Shown: piece by piece, positions 29,020 through 37,894 of the stretch
Layout: each line of letters opens with the position of its first letter
Position numbering within the stretch: the stretch's first letter is position 1
Source of the DNA: a virus
Direction: 5' to 3' (one strand)
DNA: 64,000 nt
IMG/VR virus record: IMGVR_UViG_3300046690_000339
Coordinates: 1 to 64,000 of that record
Translations under genes and position numbers: made by a program
Notes under the pieces: generated by a model
What the model saw: only the letters and a program-made list of their open reading frames with translations
The model's database searches: none
Told to the model about the DNA's origin: nothing

Positions 29020-30078
29020 TTAGCTGGTCTTTTCTATGCCGATCTCAGCGCCATTTAATTCGGTTGCCGTAAAGGCCGCGCTAGTCGCCGGGCTCACCAT
29101 CATCAAATCCTGAAAGTAAGCATACGACCCGGCGCTCGGCGCCTGATCCGCGCCCGGTGTGTATTCGGTCGCGCCAATCTTGACGTTGGTCTTAAAGGTC
29201 GCCGCGCCCGCCGTAGATTTTTTCGCGTAGGGCATCATACCTGCAGCAACAACTTCCTCGGTCGTCGGAATCGTCGCATAAGTGAGCAGGATTTTATCGC
29301 CGACGTTCACCAGCTCCGCATAAGTTGTGTCATTATCAGGCGGTGCCTCATCGGTTGCTTGCCTACTGTCGGCCGCACCAGTCGCCACGCCATCATCAAC
29401 CGAGCCCGTACCAGTCGGAAGATCTTCGCGCACCCGGCAGTCACCTAAAAACGCCGCATCATTCGTCACCATATCGTCAAACTTCACTGTAGTCGCCGGC
29501 ACTTGATTAGCAAGATTGGTTATCATAGTGGCGCCGATCGTGATCTCCGTCACAGTACCTGCGCCGCCGTTTTTGGTATCCTGACCGGTCAGGCTCAAGA
29601 TCGACGCGCCATTGACCAGAATATCGATCGTTCCGGTGGAATCGTCGATCACTGCTTTCATTTCGACGTGATAGAAAACATTTACAGAGGCAACAAAGCT
29701 GCCGGTCCCGAGCGCTGTTCCCGCGCGCGTGACTCTTAACGTGCCGTCCGGGAACAATCGGACATCAATGTGAACCGTACCAGACTCGCGCAGTTCCAAA
29801 AGAATGAAAGCTTGGCTGGCCACCGGTAAAACATTCGTAGAGAAAGCGAACGATTGATAGATCGTCGATAGGGCGGCCGGCAGTGTCTTGACCGCCTTGG
29901 CTCCTGCGTTTGAGCTGTTCGTATTGTTCGGAATTAGTGCCAACAGCCCTTGCGTCGAGTTGCGCCCGCCCGCGCCGATCGTGATCGTAGACGTACCGGT
30001 GATCGACGTCGAAGTAAAATAATGCAGCACGGTCGTATCGACCTCAAAGCCCATTGCCATGCCGTTCGGGATCGTCAT
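29020..30078 (-). CDS. tail fibre / LamG-like virion protein
   Basis: FYHVEMK...VNG...FDD...FLGD...DEAPPD. Confidence 0.6.
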   Translation of the reverse strand: MTIPNGMAMGFEVDTTVLHYFTSTSITGTSTITIGAGGRNSTQGLLALIPNNTNSSNAGAKAVKTLPAALSTIYQSFAFSTNVLPVASQAFILLELRESGTVHIDVRLFPDGTLRVTRAGTALGTGSFVASVNVFYHVEMKAVIDDSTGTIDILVNGASILSLTGQDTKNGGAGTVTEITIGATMITNLANQVPATTVKFDDMVTNDAAFLGDCRVREDLPTGTGSVDDGVATGAADSRQATDEAPPDNDTTYAELVNVGDKILLTYATIPTTEEVVAAGMMPYAKKSTAGAATFKTNVKIGATEYTPGADQAPSAGSYAYFQDLMMVSPATSAAFTATELNGAEIGIEKTS

Positions 30079-30570
30079 TTACGTTCTCCTGCCAAAGATC
30101 GAAAAGCCGAAGACCGCGAGCGTCGGATCGGGCGAAGCTGGATTGTGTACGGTGATATAATCGGTCCCACCGATAAAGCTCGTATCGCCGGGAAAGCTGA
30201 AGCTCGGCACCGTTGCGGCAGCGCCGACATTCATAGTGCCAAACTCAACGCCATTTTTTTTAATCGAGAAAGTCGTCGAGCCCGTAGCAGCGAACAACGC
30301 CTTGCCCGCGCTACGATTCCCCGCTGATGGAATAGTTATATCCTCAGTCGGGACGCCGATCGCTATCACTGCGTTTGCTACCTGCGGCTCCAGCATCATG
30401 CCGCCGAGCACATAAATCCATTTATCGATCAGATCGCCGCCGCTCTGCATAAAGTCATCGACGGTCATCTTCTTGCTGCCGGATGCGCCTAGAGACGGTC
30501 GCACGACATAGACAAGATCGCCGGTGACTAGCGTCGTGATTGCGGTTCTTCCTGTTAATGGTCCAGCCAT
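30079..30570 (-). CDS. tail-associated protein
   Basis: Follows the central fibre gene; ATGSTTFSIKKNG...PDPTLA. Confidence 0.55.
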   Translation of the reverse strand: MAGPLTGRTAITTLVTGDLVYVVRPSLGASGSKKMTVDDFMQSGGDLIDKWIYVLGGMMLEPQVANAVIAIGVPTEDITIPSAGNRSAGKALFAATGSTTFSIKKNGVEFGTMNVGAAATVPSFSFPGDTSFIGGTDYITVHNPASPDPTLAVFGFSIFGRRT

Positions 30571-30573
30571 AAT

Positions 30574-31776
30574 CTATTGCTCAAATTGCATCGCTGCGCC
30601 GTCCTCAAACTCGATCACGTTGCCGTCTTGGAATAGCATCTCGAAGGCGCCGAAATCGGCGGCGCCCGACGGATTGATGATCGCGTGCCCAGGATAGCCG
30701 CGCCCGACTTCGGCGCTGATTTGGTAAATGTTGATATGTAAGTTGGTGCCCTTTAGCCCACCGAAATCGGTTGTCTGATCCGCATCGTTATACGTGAAGG
30801 CTTCGGTCGTCGAGGTCAGCGTGCGAAGCACTGCGCTTTCATCATCCTCCAAGATATCCAGTTCGTAACTTTCCGCCGTCTCGGCAAGAGGCGGATCGTA
30901 AAAGTCCCGACCGTTGCGTCCTTGTAAACGGCTGCGCCGCTTGAAAGTAATCTGGACGTCATCCCCGATATCGGCCAAGCCACGAATGTCCACTGGAGCC
31001 CATGGCTTCAACGATATGCCGGTGTCGGTAAACGTGGTCGCTTGCGCACCGGTTATGTCCATGCCAGACGATACGGCTTTGAATTGCCGCGGCTGGCTAA
31101 TCACGGCCAGCGCATCGTTGATGCGGAAGGTAATCGCCTGGCGTAAAAGAATCGCCCGCTCATTCAGCAAGTGCGTTGCCATCGCCCACTCGGTTCCCTT
31201 ATAGCCGCGCACCATGGGACCGTCCAAGCTCCAGCGCGTCGCCGATAGCTGGCTGACATTCTGAGACAGCACGATTTCATCGCCGATCAAGTAAGCCACT
31301 TCGCCTTTCAGCATCTCTTCCAATGACATGCTTTCCAGCGTGCCGCCGATCAATTCGATCTCAAGCGTGTTGGCATAATCCAGCGTATTGATTTCGCCGG
31401 CCGGCAGCACTTCCTTGGCGAAACCGATCGGCGACGCTTGATCAACCGTTTTCACCTGCTGAAAATCCGCGGTATCATCGTCACTTTGCCAGAGGCTCGC
31501 CGCGCCCCAGGTCGCCAACGCGCCGCGCATGGCGACATAAAAGCCCGCGCCATCATCGGCATCGCGCAGCGTCGGGATATCCATTAAGCGCAGGATCGTC
31601 GAGCCCGGAACATTGACCGTCTGGTTCGGGAAGTTCGCCCGGACCGCTGTGACCGGATCGCCGAGCGCCTGACTGAAATAAATGGCGGGATCTTCCCGGT
31701 AGATTTTTACCGTGATCAATCCCTCGGCGGCCAGCGTCGCCTCGGCAATTCTTGCGGTGATATCTCGGGTTGCCAT
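30574..31776 (-). CDS. GTA-like central tail/host-specificity protein, C-terminal half
   Basis: LMDIPTLRDADD..GFYVA, IGDEI, RGYKGTE, RRSR and PLAE..ESYELDI motifs. Confidence 0.8.
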   Translation of the reverse strand: MATRDITARIAEATLAAEGLITVKIYREDPAIYFSQALGDPVTAVRANFPNQTVNVPGSTILRLMDIPTLRDADDGAGFYVAMRGALATWGAASLWQSDDDTADFQQVKTVDQASPIGFAKEVLPAGEINTLDYANTLEIELIGGTLESMSLEEMLKGEVAYLIGDEIVLSQNVSQLSATRWSLDGPMVRGYKGTEWAMATHLLNERAILLRQAITFRINDALAVISQPRQFKAVSSGMDITGAQATTFTDTGISLKPWAPVDIRGLADIGDDVQITFKRRSRLQGRNGRDFYDPPLAETAESYELDILEDDESAVLRTLTSTTEAFTYNDADQTTDFGGLKGTNLHINIYQISAEVGRGYPGHAIINPSGAADFGAFEMLFQDGNVIEFEDGAAMQFEQ

Positions 31777-31783
31777 TTAAGCC
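31774..31783. repeat. 10-bp direct repeat copy 1 (GGCTTAAATG on the minus strand)
   Basis: catttaagcc, identical to 34123-34132. Confidence 0.75.
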
Positions 31784-34125
31784 ATTGCCCCTAACAGCGG
31801 CGCATCGTCATAACAACGCCGATTTCCCAGCTCACAATACTTCCGCTCCAAGTCCATCCCGATGCCGCGCCGGTTCATCTTGTCAGCGACTAGCGCCGTC
31901 GTCCCTGAACCGCTGAACGGGTCAAGAATGATCGCGCCGGGCTTCGATACCAGCTTGATGAGATACTCGATCAGGTCTTGAGGCTTGACGGTCGGATGAT
32001 TGTTGCCCTCGCCACGGTCGGCCTTGTCGGCCTTGGCGGTATAGTGAAATCTATTTGCTGAGTCCGCTTCCCCACGAACCGTATTGAATAGCGTGATGTT
32101 GAATGTGGCAGGCTCTACAGACCCATTTGATTTCCAGCGGCTTATTGTAATCGTCGTGATGTCGGTCCGCCTTTGGGTTGCCGCAATTTTCACAAGGCAA
32201 CCGTTCGGGAAAGGCTTTTCTTGCTGCAGCTCGGGCGAGACATTTTTTTCTAAACTCAGAATTGCTGTGATAAGCGACTCGCAAAGTTTTCTTAACTCTC
32301 TCGGCGTTGCGCTCATAAAATGGTGCGTTGAATCGCTTAATCCAAGTCGTCCTTGGCTGGCCAAAATTGCTGCATGACTTAGAGCAGAAGCGACGTGATC
32401 GCTTGACAGGAAAGAAAGGTCGTCGGCAGTATTCGCAAGGTCTTGATTCCATGCTATTATTATAGCCTTGGCGTTGCAAAAAAGCGACTCAATTTCATTC
32501 AAAGAAACAGTTTTAAAAAACCGTGACGCGCCGCCGGTGTCGCCATACCAGTCAATCGGGTCTGCCCCTCTACTCTCTGCACCATAAACATTGCCTTGAT
32601 GACCAGACGTTGTTTTGGCGCGACTAACTGTTTTACCGCTGGTCAATTCCCCGCTCTGCTCATCGAGCAGCGCCGCCGCTTCTTCGTCGAGGATTAGGTT
32701 GGCGGGCCAACGACCGACGTTGCTGTGATGATTCGCTTTTGTCGGATCGTAGTTATCGCCAAGGCCGGTTTGAGACGGTCGCCCATTCGCGCCGCATTTA
32801 TAATCGCCATCGAGGTTGATTCGACACCCGTCGATATTCAGCGCCCCGGTACCGTATCGCTGCACGTTTTCGGCTACAGTGCCGATGATCGGCTTGCGGG
32901 CGACGATGATCGGCTGGAACTTAGGCCGTAATCCCAGCCCTATTTCTTCCGGGTGTAAGCGCTGCGCCTCGTCGATAGCATCGCCTAGAACAGAAAGCTC
33001 TTGGATGGCGTTGATGCTCGTGACGACGGCGTTCAAATATCTTGCCGCAGGCAAGGCATTTAACTGTAACCCAGGCGCTTGCAACTCTGCCTTTATGATG
33101 ATGCTTGGAGTGAGCGCCGATAAGCATAACTTCAAGATTTTTAGGTCGATTGTCGGATTTGTTTTCGATTCCCTCTCGCTTGTGGTGGACGTGCTCATTT
33201 CGTCGAAGTGGGCGACCAAGGCGCTGCGCCATGACGACACGATGCTCAAGCTCGTATTTATCGCCGACACGCACAGCGACGTATCCGTCTTTGCGCGTAA
33301 ATCGTCCCAAATATTCTTTGGCTGCTCGACATCCCATCGAGCAAAAGCGAGCGCCGCGTCGTGCTCTGCTTGGCTTAACTTGAAATGTTGTTCCGCAATT
33401 CTCGCAGGTAATATCGACCATAGTTGCGCCTCCAATTTCAATAGGTTCGCAACTATTATACTCCGTTCCGTTGATTCTGGAAATGGTTTTTGTGCTACTA
33501 TGATATTTTCCCATGCGGGTTTAAGCGCCGTGCCCCAGCCTTGCCACTCTTTTGCGGCGTCGGTAGATGGTGCAGTGAGTTTTTCTATTCCATAACCAAA
33601 GATAGCAGTATTGTTTCGATTAGCTTCAGCTGCGGCCATCGTGACGCCGTTTCGTTTTGCCGCCTGAACATCTCCCCTAACTTTTTCTCCAACAATCTCC
33701 CGCTCCGCTCCTGCCGCCTTATCAATCGCCTTACTCACGTCCAACGATTTCGGAAATCCGCTGCCGTAGAGCCACATGATGCAATCACGAATCTCAAAGC
33801 CTGCGTCCTCGATTGCGCAGGTCAGCCGGTGAAACGTCCGCGTGCCGCCGAAGGCGAGCAGGTAAGCGCCGGGCTTGAGCACGCGGAGGGCTTCGAGCCA
33901 GTATTCAACTCCCGGCACAACGGCGTCCCATTTTTGGCCCATGAATCCGCCGCCAGTTGTTACACGCGAGCGACCTGCAGGAGATTTCAGATTCAACGAA
34001 GCCGCGCCGCTTCCGCCTTTTTTGTTTTGAGTAAGTCCGTAAGGCGGATCGGTGATGATGGCGTCCACCGAATTATCCTTCAGCGGTACTTGTCTTGCGT
34101 CGGCGTTGAGAATTTTCCAGCTCAT
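31777..34125 (-). CDS. N6/N4 DNA methyltransferase (beta class) with two in-frame insertions
   Basis: TDPPY, WLYGSGFPKS, GRWPAN, HPTVKP and LDPFSGSGTT. 782 aa; 427 aa without the inserts. Confidence 0.93.
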   Translation of the reverse strand: MSWKILNADARQVPLKDNSVDAIITDPPYGLTQNKKGGSGAASLNLKSPAGRSRVTTGGGFMGQKWDAVVPGVEYWLEALRVLKPGAYLLAFGGTRTFHRLTCAIEDAGFEIRDCIMWLYGSGFPKSLDVSKAIDKAAGAEREIVGEKVRGDVQAAKRNGVTMAAAEANRNNTAIFGYGIEKLTAPSTDAAKEWQGWGTALKPAWENIIVAQKPFPESTERSIIVANLLKLEAQLWSILPARIAEQHFKLSQAEHDAALAFARWDVEQPKNIWDDLRAKTDTSLCVSAINTSLSIVSSWRSALVAHFDEMSTSTTSERESKTNPTIDLKILKLCLSALTPSIIIKAELQAPGLQLNALPAARYLNAVVTSINAIQELSVLGDAIDEAQRLHPEEIGLGLRPKFQPIIVARKPIIGTVAENVQRYGTGALNIDGCRINLDGDYKCGANGRPSQTGLGDNYDPTKANHHSNVGRWPANLILDEEAAALLDEQSGELTSGKTVSRAKTTSGHQGNVYGAESRGADPIDWYGDTGGASRFFKTVSLNEIESLFCNAKAIIIAWNQDLANTADDLSFLSSDHVASALSHAAILASQGRLGLSDSTHHFMSATPRELRKLCESLITAILSLEKNVSPELQQEKPFPNGCLVKIAATQRRTDITTITISRWKSNGSVEPATFNITLFNTVRGEADSANRFHYTAKADKADRGEGNNHPTVKPQDLIEYLIKLVSKPGAIILDPFSGSGTTALVADKMNRRGIGMDLERKYCELGNRRCYDDAPLLGAMA
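32051..32452 (-). CDS. hidden HNH endonuclease 2 (-1 frame inside the methylase)
   Basis: CEYC...FCSKSC, PCENCG...HHDDYNKPLEIKWVCRACH...H; TATAAT 6 nt before the ATG. Confidence 0.85.
   Translation of the reverse strand: MESRPCEYCRRPFFPVKRSRRFCSKSCSNFGQPRTTWIKRFNAPFYERNAERVKKTLRVAYHSNSEFRKKCLARAAARKAFPERLPCENCGNPKADRHHDDYNKPLEIKWVCRACHIQHHAIQYGSWGSGLSK
32921..33421 (-). CDS. hidden HNH endonuclease 1 (-1 frame inside the methylase)
   Basis: CENCG...FCSMGC, DGY, EHRVVM...LGRPL...VHH...DNRPKNL...H..HH; GGAGG SD and TATAAT upstream. Confidence 0.88.
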   Translation of the reverse strand: MVDITCENCGTTFQVKPSRARRGARFCSMGCRAAKEYLGRFTRKDGYVAVRVGDKYELEHRVVMAQRLGRPLRRNEHVHHKREGIENKSDNRPKNLEVMLIGAHSKHHHKGRVASAWVTVKCLACGKIFERRRHEHQRHPRAFCSRRCYRRGAALTPGRNRAGITA

Positions 34126-34132
34126 TTAAGCC
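34123..34132. repeat. 10-bp direct repeat copy 2
   Basis: catttaagcc, identical to 31774-31783. Confidence 0.75.
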
Positions 34133-36429
34133 GCTACCCTCAAGTTCACCGGATCAGCCGCATCCAGCGCCACATATTTTCTAGGCAGCATCAGCACGCG
34201 CGGATCGCGTTCGAGCCAGTGCGTCGCGCTTAAAACCTCGGCAATCTGTTTCGCCTTGGTCGATGTCATCACAATAGCAAGATCTACCGTAACCACGTTT
34301 TTCGATTCGCTGTTTAATCGACCTGACGAAACAACGTGACCGGTTTGATAGCTCGCATCCTGATCTTTAAACCGTACGTGGACAATGACAGGGAGTTCGC
34401 TTTCCTGCGAGCGCGTGATTTCCTGCACCGGCGGAAGAGCGGCGTTCAAGTCGAGCCGCGCCGCACAATCCCCCTGCAGTATCGTCGCCACGGCATTATG
34501 TCCGCGCTTGCGGAAGTAAAGCATGTTGTCGCTTTCCGGCCCGTCATAGTAGGCATAGCGCTGGAGCGGTAGCGTGGCGTCGCGGCCTGTCATCTGCTGA
34601 TCGAGGGTGAAGCCGCGCACGCAATCGGTAAGCTCGGTGACGTTGAATTCGTTTTCTTCCATACCGCAAGCGATGCAGATATCACGCTGGATTTTCCACA
34701 GCGGACAGCACAGACCCTCGGCACCCGGTGCCCAGGCATGAACGGTGAAGTCATAAAATCCCCAAGTGCCAAAATTCCCGGTGTACCAAATTCCATTTCG
34801 GACAAAGAGCGTACCGTCGAGGCCCGAGTTGACATGAGGAGTCGCCGATTGACCAAGAAAAGTTATTTCGCCATCGTTCCAATCCCAAAAGAGCGCCGAG
34901 CCGAAAGTCTGTCCGGTATTGCCAAAAAGTCTTATTCGGGTATCGCTCTCGACGAAAAAATTTCGGACTTTATTCGTGCCAAGATCGTAACTTTGCACAA
35001 GCGACATATCTTCGGGGTCGAACTTATAAAGCATCGCGTGCGCGAGAATATTTCCGAATGCGTCAAAATTGACTCCGCGCAAGGCCCACAAAAAGTCATC
35101 GCCCATATTGATGCTGCTAAGACCGCCATGATCCGTCCAAAAGCTGTCGGCGATCTTACCGATCAATGCACCGCCATCCGCGTTGAATCGCTCGATCAGT
35201 GAAAATTTTCCTCCTGTCGGGACCCGACGCATCAAATAAAGATCGGTTCCCTTCTTCGCAAAGAAATCATAAGGCGGCTGCGGCGGCCCGATTGTTGTGA
35301 TAATTTTTCCTGCACGCACGAGCCAAGCTTTGCCGTCACTCGCGAAGAGCGCAGCCGGTTCGTCGCTGACTCCAGTCGCCATCACGCCGCCCAATTCGCT
35401 TGGGCTCGAATTGTCTGTAAAGACTGCCGGCGGTCGTTCTTCTTCGATGTATGATCCATCCGATAGCAGGCGAAACGCGCGAATGAAATACTCGCCTGCA
35501 TTGGGGCCGCTCGGAATGATGTCGGTATAGACTTGGCTCCCATGACCGACCATCATCAGAATTTCGCCGTTAGGATCGACATAGGACCAACTGCCGAAGC
35601 TACCGCTTGCGCCGCCCTCATCGGTCATCTGCCAGTAGCCTTTTTCCTGATAATTTTCATCGCCGTCCGTGTAGCACTCAAAAGAAAGATTCGGGATAGT
35701 CCCGTACTCCGTCGTCTCGAAATCTTGAAAGACGGCCAAGAATTGATTTCTATACGCCGTGGTATTACCGACGCCCTCGAAGGCTTCGATTAGCGCGGGC
35801 GGCAGCTGTTCTTCGTTGCCATCATAAAAAGTAACCGAGCCGGCGTTTCTGCCTTCGAGATTCTGCCCGGTGCCAATTAGGCTTTGCAGACTGGCATCCA
35901 TGCTGTGATCATAAATTAATTTTGGCCCGGCCCAGATTCGGATCACGCCACGGCAGTTCGACGCGCCATTTATCGCCACGGCAAAGTCGGCAAAGTACGT
36001 AAACGTTTCACCCGACGACCCACCTTTGCCCTTACCGCCGACGGTGTGCTTAAATGTGCGAATGCCACGACCGCCATGGCCGTCCGAGCCGATCCAGATC
36101 AAATTTCCTGCCATGCGATCGACGCCCCAGAATCGTTTGATCGGCGAGCCGAATGCGGCCGATTGAATGTGTGCGTCTTTCAGGCGCGGTCCGGTTACGC
36201 TTTGGTTTGCGCCTTGGAATATTGAAAACAGAGTTGAACTTATTGACCACGCCAGTTGCGCACTGGTGAGAATCGAGCTTACCGACCACGTTGCGGCGGC
36301 GGCAGTAGCGCCGGCCGCAACCTCGGCAGCAACCGCGCTCGCCGCCGCCACTCCGGTCGTCGCAGCTGCGCCGCCAGCGCCAATCTCGGCGGCGGAGCCG
36401 ACTGCCGCCATTATTGTAACAAAACTCAT
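34126..36429 (-). CDS. GTA-like central tail/host-specificity protein, N-terminal part
   Basis: GPRL...FG.PI...G..RMAGNLIW, RIWA, AYR, IPNLSFE, QESELP...YQ and LDAADPV. Confidence 0.85.
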   Translation of the reverse strand: MSFVTIMAAVGSAAEIGAGGAAATTGVAAASAVAAEVAAGATAAAATWSVSSILTSAQLAWSISSTLFSIFQGANQSVTGPRLKDAHIQSAAFGSPIKRFWGVDRMAGNLIWIGSDGHGGRGIRTFKHTVGGKGKGGSSGETFTYFADFAVAINGASNCRGVIRIWAGPKLIYDHSMDASLQSLIGTGQNLEGRNAGSVTFYDGNEEQLPPALIEAFEGVGNTTAYRNQFLAVFQDFETTEYGTIPNLSFECYTDGDENYQEKGYWQMTDEGGASGSFGSWSYVDPNGEILMMVGHGSQVYTDIIPSGPNAGEYFIRAFRLLSDGSYIEEERPPAVFTDNSSPSELGGVMATGVSDEPAALFASDGKAWLVRAGKIITTIGPPQPPYDFFAKKGTDLYLMRRVPTGGKFSLIERFNADGGALIGKIADSFWTDHGGLSSINMGDDFLWALRGVNFDAFGNILAHAMLYKFDPEDMSLVQSYDLGTNKVRNFFVESDTRIRLFGNTGQTFGSALFWDWNDGEITFLGQSATPHVNSGLDGTLFVRNGIWYTGNFGTWGFYDFTVHAWAPGAEGLCCPLWKIQRDICIACGMEENEFNVTELTDCVRGFTLDQQMTGRDATLPLQRYAYYDGPESDNMLYFRKRGHNAVATILQGDCAARLDLNAALPPVQEITRSQESELPVIVHVRFKDQDASYQTGHVVSSGRLNSESKNVVTVDLAIVMTSTKAKQIAEVLSATHWLERDPRVLMLPRKYVALDAADPVNLRVAA

Positions 36430-36995
36430 TATTTGCCCTCGGTGATCATTGCGGTGAAATCCTCGATAGCGCGTCGAAGCTCAAGATCGGCGGCCGTCGA
36501 GAGCAATCCAATCTCTTCATAGTTCTCGGCGATTAATTCATCTTCGATCTCGTCAATGTGAGATTCGTCGCCAAATTTAGTTAGATGGACGGTAAGCCAA
36601 AGCGTATCTTCGAGCGCCATGCCAACGCGCTTGGTTCCTGCTTCTGCAATAAAAACATCGCCCGCCTCATAAGCTATTTTGCCCGCCTCGGTAAAAGTTG
36701 CTCCCTTGCCTTTGAGCACAACTGTCATTGTCGCATGTCGATGGATCTTCCCGAACGTGACCGAGCCTTTAGGAATAACCACCTTTCGACCATAGACGCA
36801 GCATCTATACTCTTCATGGATCGGCGTGAAGTAATGCGTTAGGATCGCTTGGTCGGCGATATCTGTGAGTTGACCATCCTCAATCGCTTGCGCGATATTC
36901 TTTTCGCTCTCCAAAATAATCTGGCGCATCTCGATGCGCTCTCGCGAATTGATCGCAGGTCGAAAATTTTCAATGACTGGAAGATGCTTACTCAT
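36429..36995 (-). CDS. cupin-like phage protein
   Basis: HYF...Y.R...IPKG...GKIHRH...GTKR...EDT.W.TVH. Confidence 0.7.
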   Translation of the reverse strand: MSKHLPVIENFRPAINSRERIEMRQIILESEKNIAQAIEDGQLTDIADQAILTHYFTPIHEEYRCCVYGRKVVIPKGSVTFGKIHRHATMTVVLKGKGATFTEAGKIAYEAGDVFIAEAGTKRVGMALEDTLWLTVHLTKFGDESHIDEIEDELIAENYEEIGLLSTAADLELRRAIEDFTAMITEGK

Positions 36996-37416
36996 CTTCG
37001 AGTCCTTTATATCGATAGATTGCTACGATTCGGGTTTCTAGCATTGACTCGATCGGCGCTTCTTCGACATCCCGGTAATTCACCGCCTGAATCAGCGTAT
37101 TGCGAAACGTCAATATTCCAAGGTGCTGCGCATGATCGACCGAACGCATCCACGGAATATCACCAGGTAGGCGCTCATCTTTCGGCACGCGCAGAAACAA
37201 CCGATCAAGCGCGCCTTTCATCTTGATCGGGTCCGGCTGGCGCCCGTAGCCTTTGATGTCTGCCGAGCCGTCGTGCGGCAAGCATCCGCAGGTCAAGCCG
37301 ACGCCGAGTACTATGCCGGCGCAATCGACGCCGACAGATTTCAAACGACCCTGGTGTGCCCAAGGAGTTCCCTTCCAGGTCATTGCTTCGGCGACTATTT
37401 CATTGCGCGTCGGCAT
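36988..37416 (-). CDS. NlpC/P60 tail-tip peptidase
   Basis: W.GTPW.HQGR...GVDCAG...PGD...HLGI. Confidence 0.92.
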   Translation of the reverse strand: MPTRNEIVAEAMTWKGTPWAHQGRLKSVGVDCAGIVLGVGLTCGCLPHDGSADIKGYGRQPDPIKMKGALDRLFLRVPKDERLPGDIPWMRSVDHAQHLGILTFRNTLIQAVNYRDVEEAPIESMLETRIVAIYRYKGLEDE

Positions 37417-37894
37417 TGATCATCTTGCTTATCGTCTTAATCCAAACAGCATCAGGTCGACGCAGTAGCCGACGATGTTCTTCGCTGACCGGCGTTCCTT
37501 CCCAATTGAGGCCGACCGAGGTCAATGTCCTTCCATTCTTCCATTCCTGCAAACTTAAAAACGTCCCGCCATTAGGCACGTCGCCGACGCGGTGCCAATC
37601 ATCCGGCCCGACGTGATACTGCGCGCTCCAATTGGCTTTGCCGTTTGAAAGGTCTTTTCCATTGACGATCAAAGGGACATGGTCGGACATGCAGTATTCA
37701 ATGCTGTCCACATCGGGATGCCTGTGGTCACGCGGGAATCCGAGGTTAGGGCGGATCATAAAAAGCTCGGCCTGAAATTGGCCCAAGCGAAACAAGATTT
37801 GTGAAAGCACTGAGCCATAATCGTAAAACTCCAAAGCGCGCAAATCGCCCAGCGGTTGGGCAATAAATAGTGGTACAAAACTCTCAAATTTCAT
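37400..37894 (-). CDS. cupin-like protein
   Basis: HRHPDVDSIE...WH...GGTFLS.Q.W. Confidence 0.65.
   Translation of the reverse strand: MKFESFVPLFIAQPLGDLRALEFYDYGSVLSQILFRLGQFQAELFMIRPNLGFPRDHRHPDVDSIEYCMSDHVPLIVNGKDLSNGKANWSAQYHVGPDDWHRVGDVPNGGTFLSLQEWKNGRTLTSVGLNWEGTPVSEEHRRLLRRPDAVWIKTISKMINADAQ

Noticed and set aside
31777-34125. Inteins or group I introns as the explanation for the methylase inserts
   Set aside because: No intein terminal residues are present, the host frame stays open, and the alternate-frame ORFs fill most of each insert, leaving little room for a ribozyme core. Not formally excluded without RT-PCR.
14668-36429. Diversity-generating retroelement or invertible fibre cassette
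   Set aside because: No reverse transcriptase, invertase or TR/VR pair was seen.
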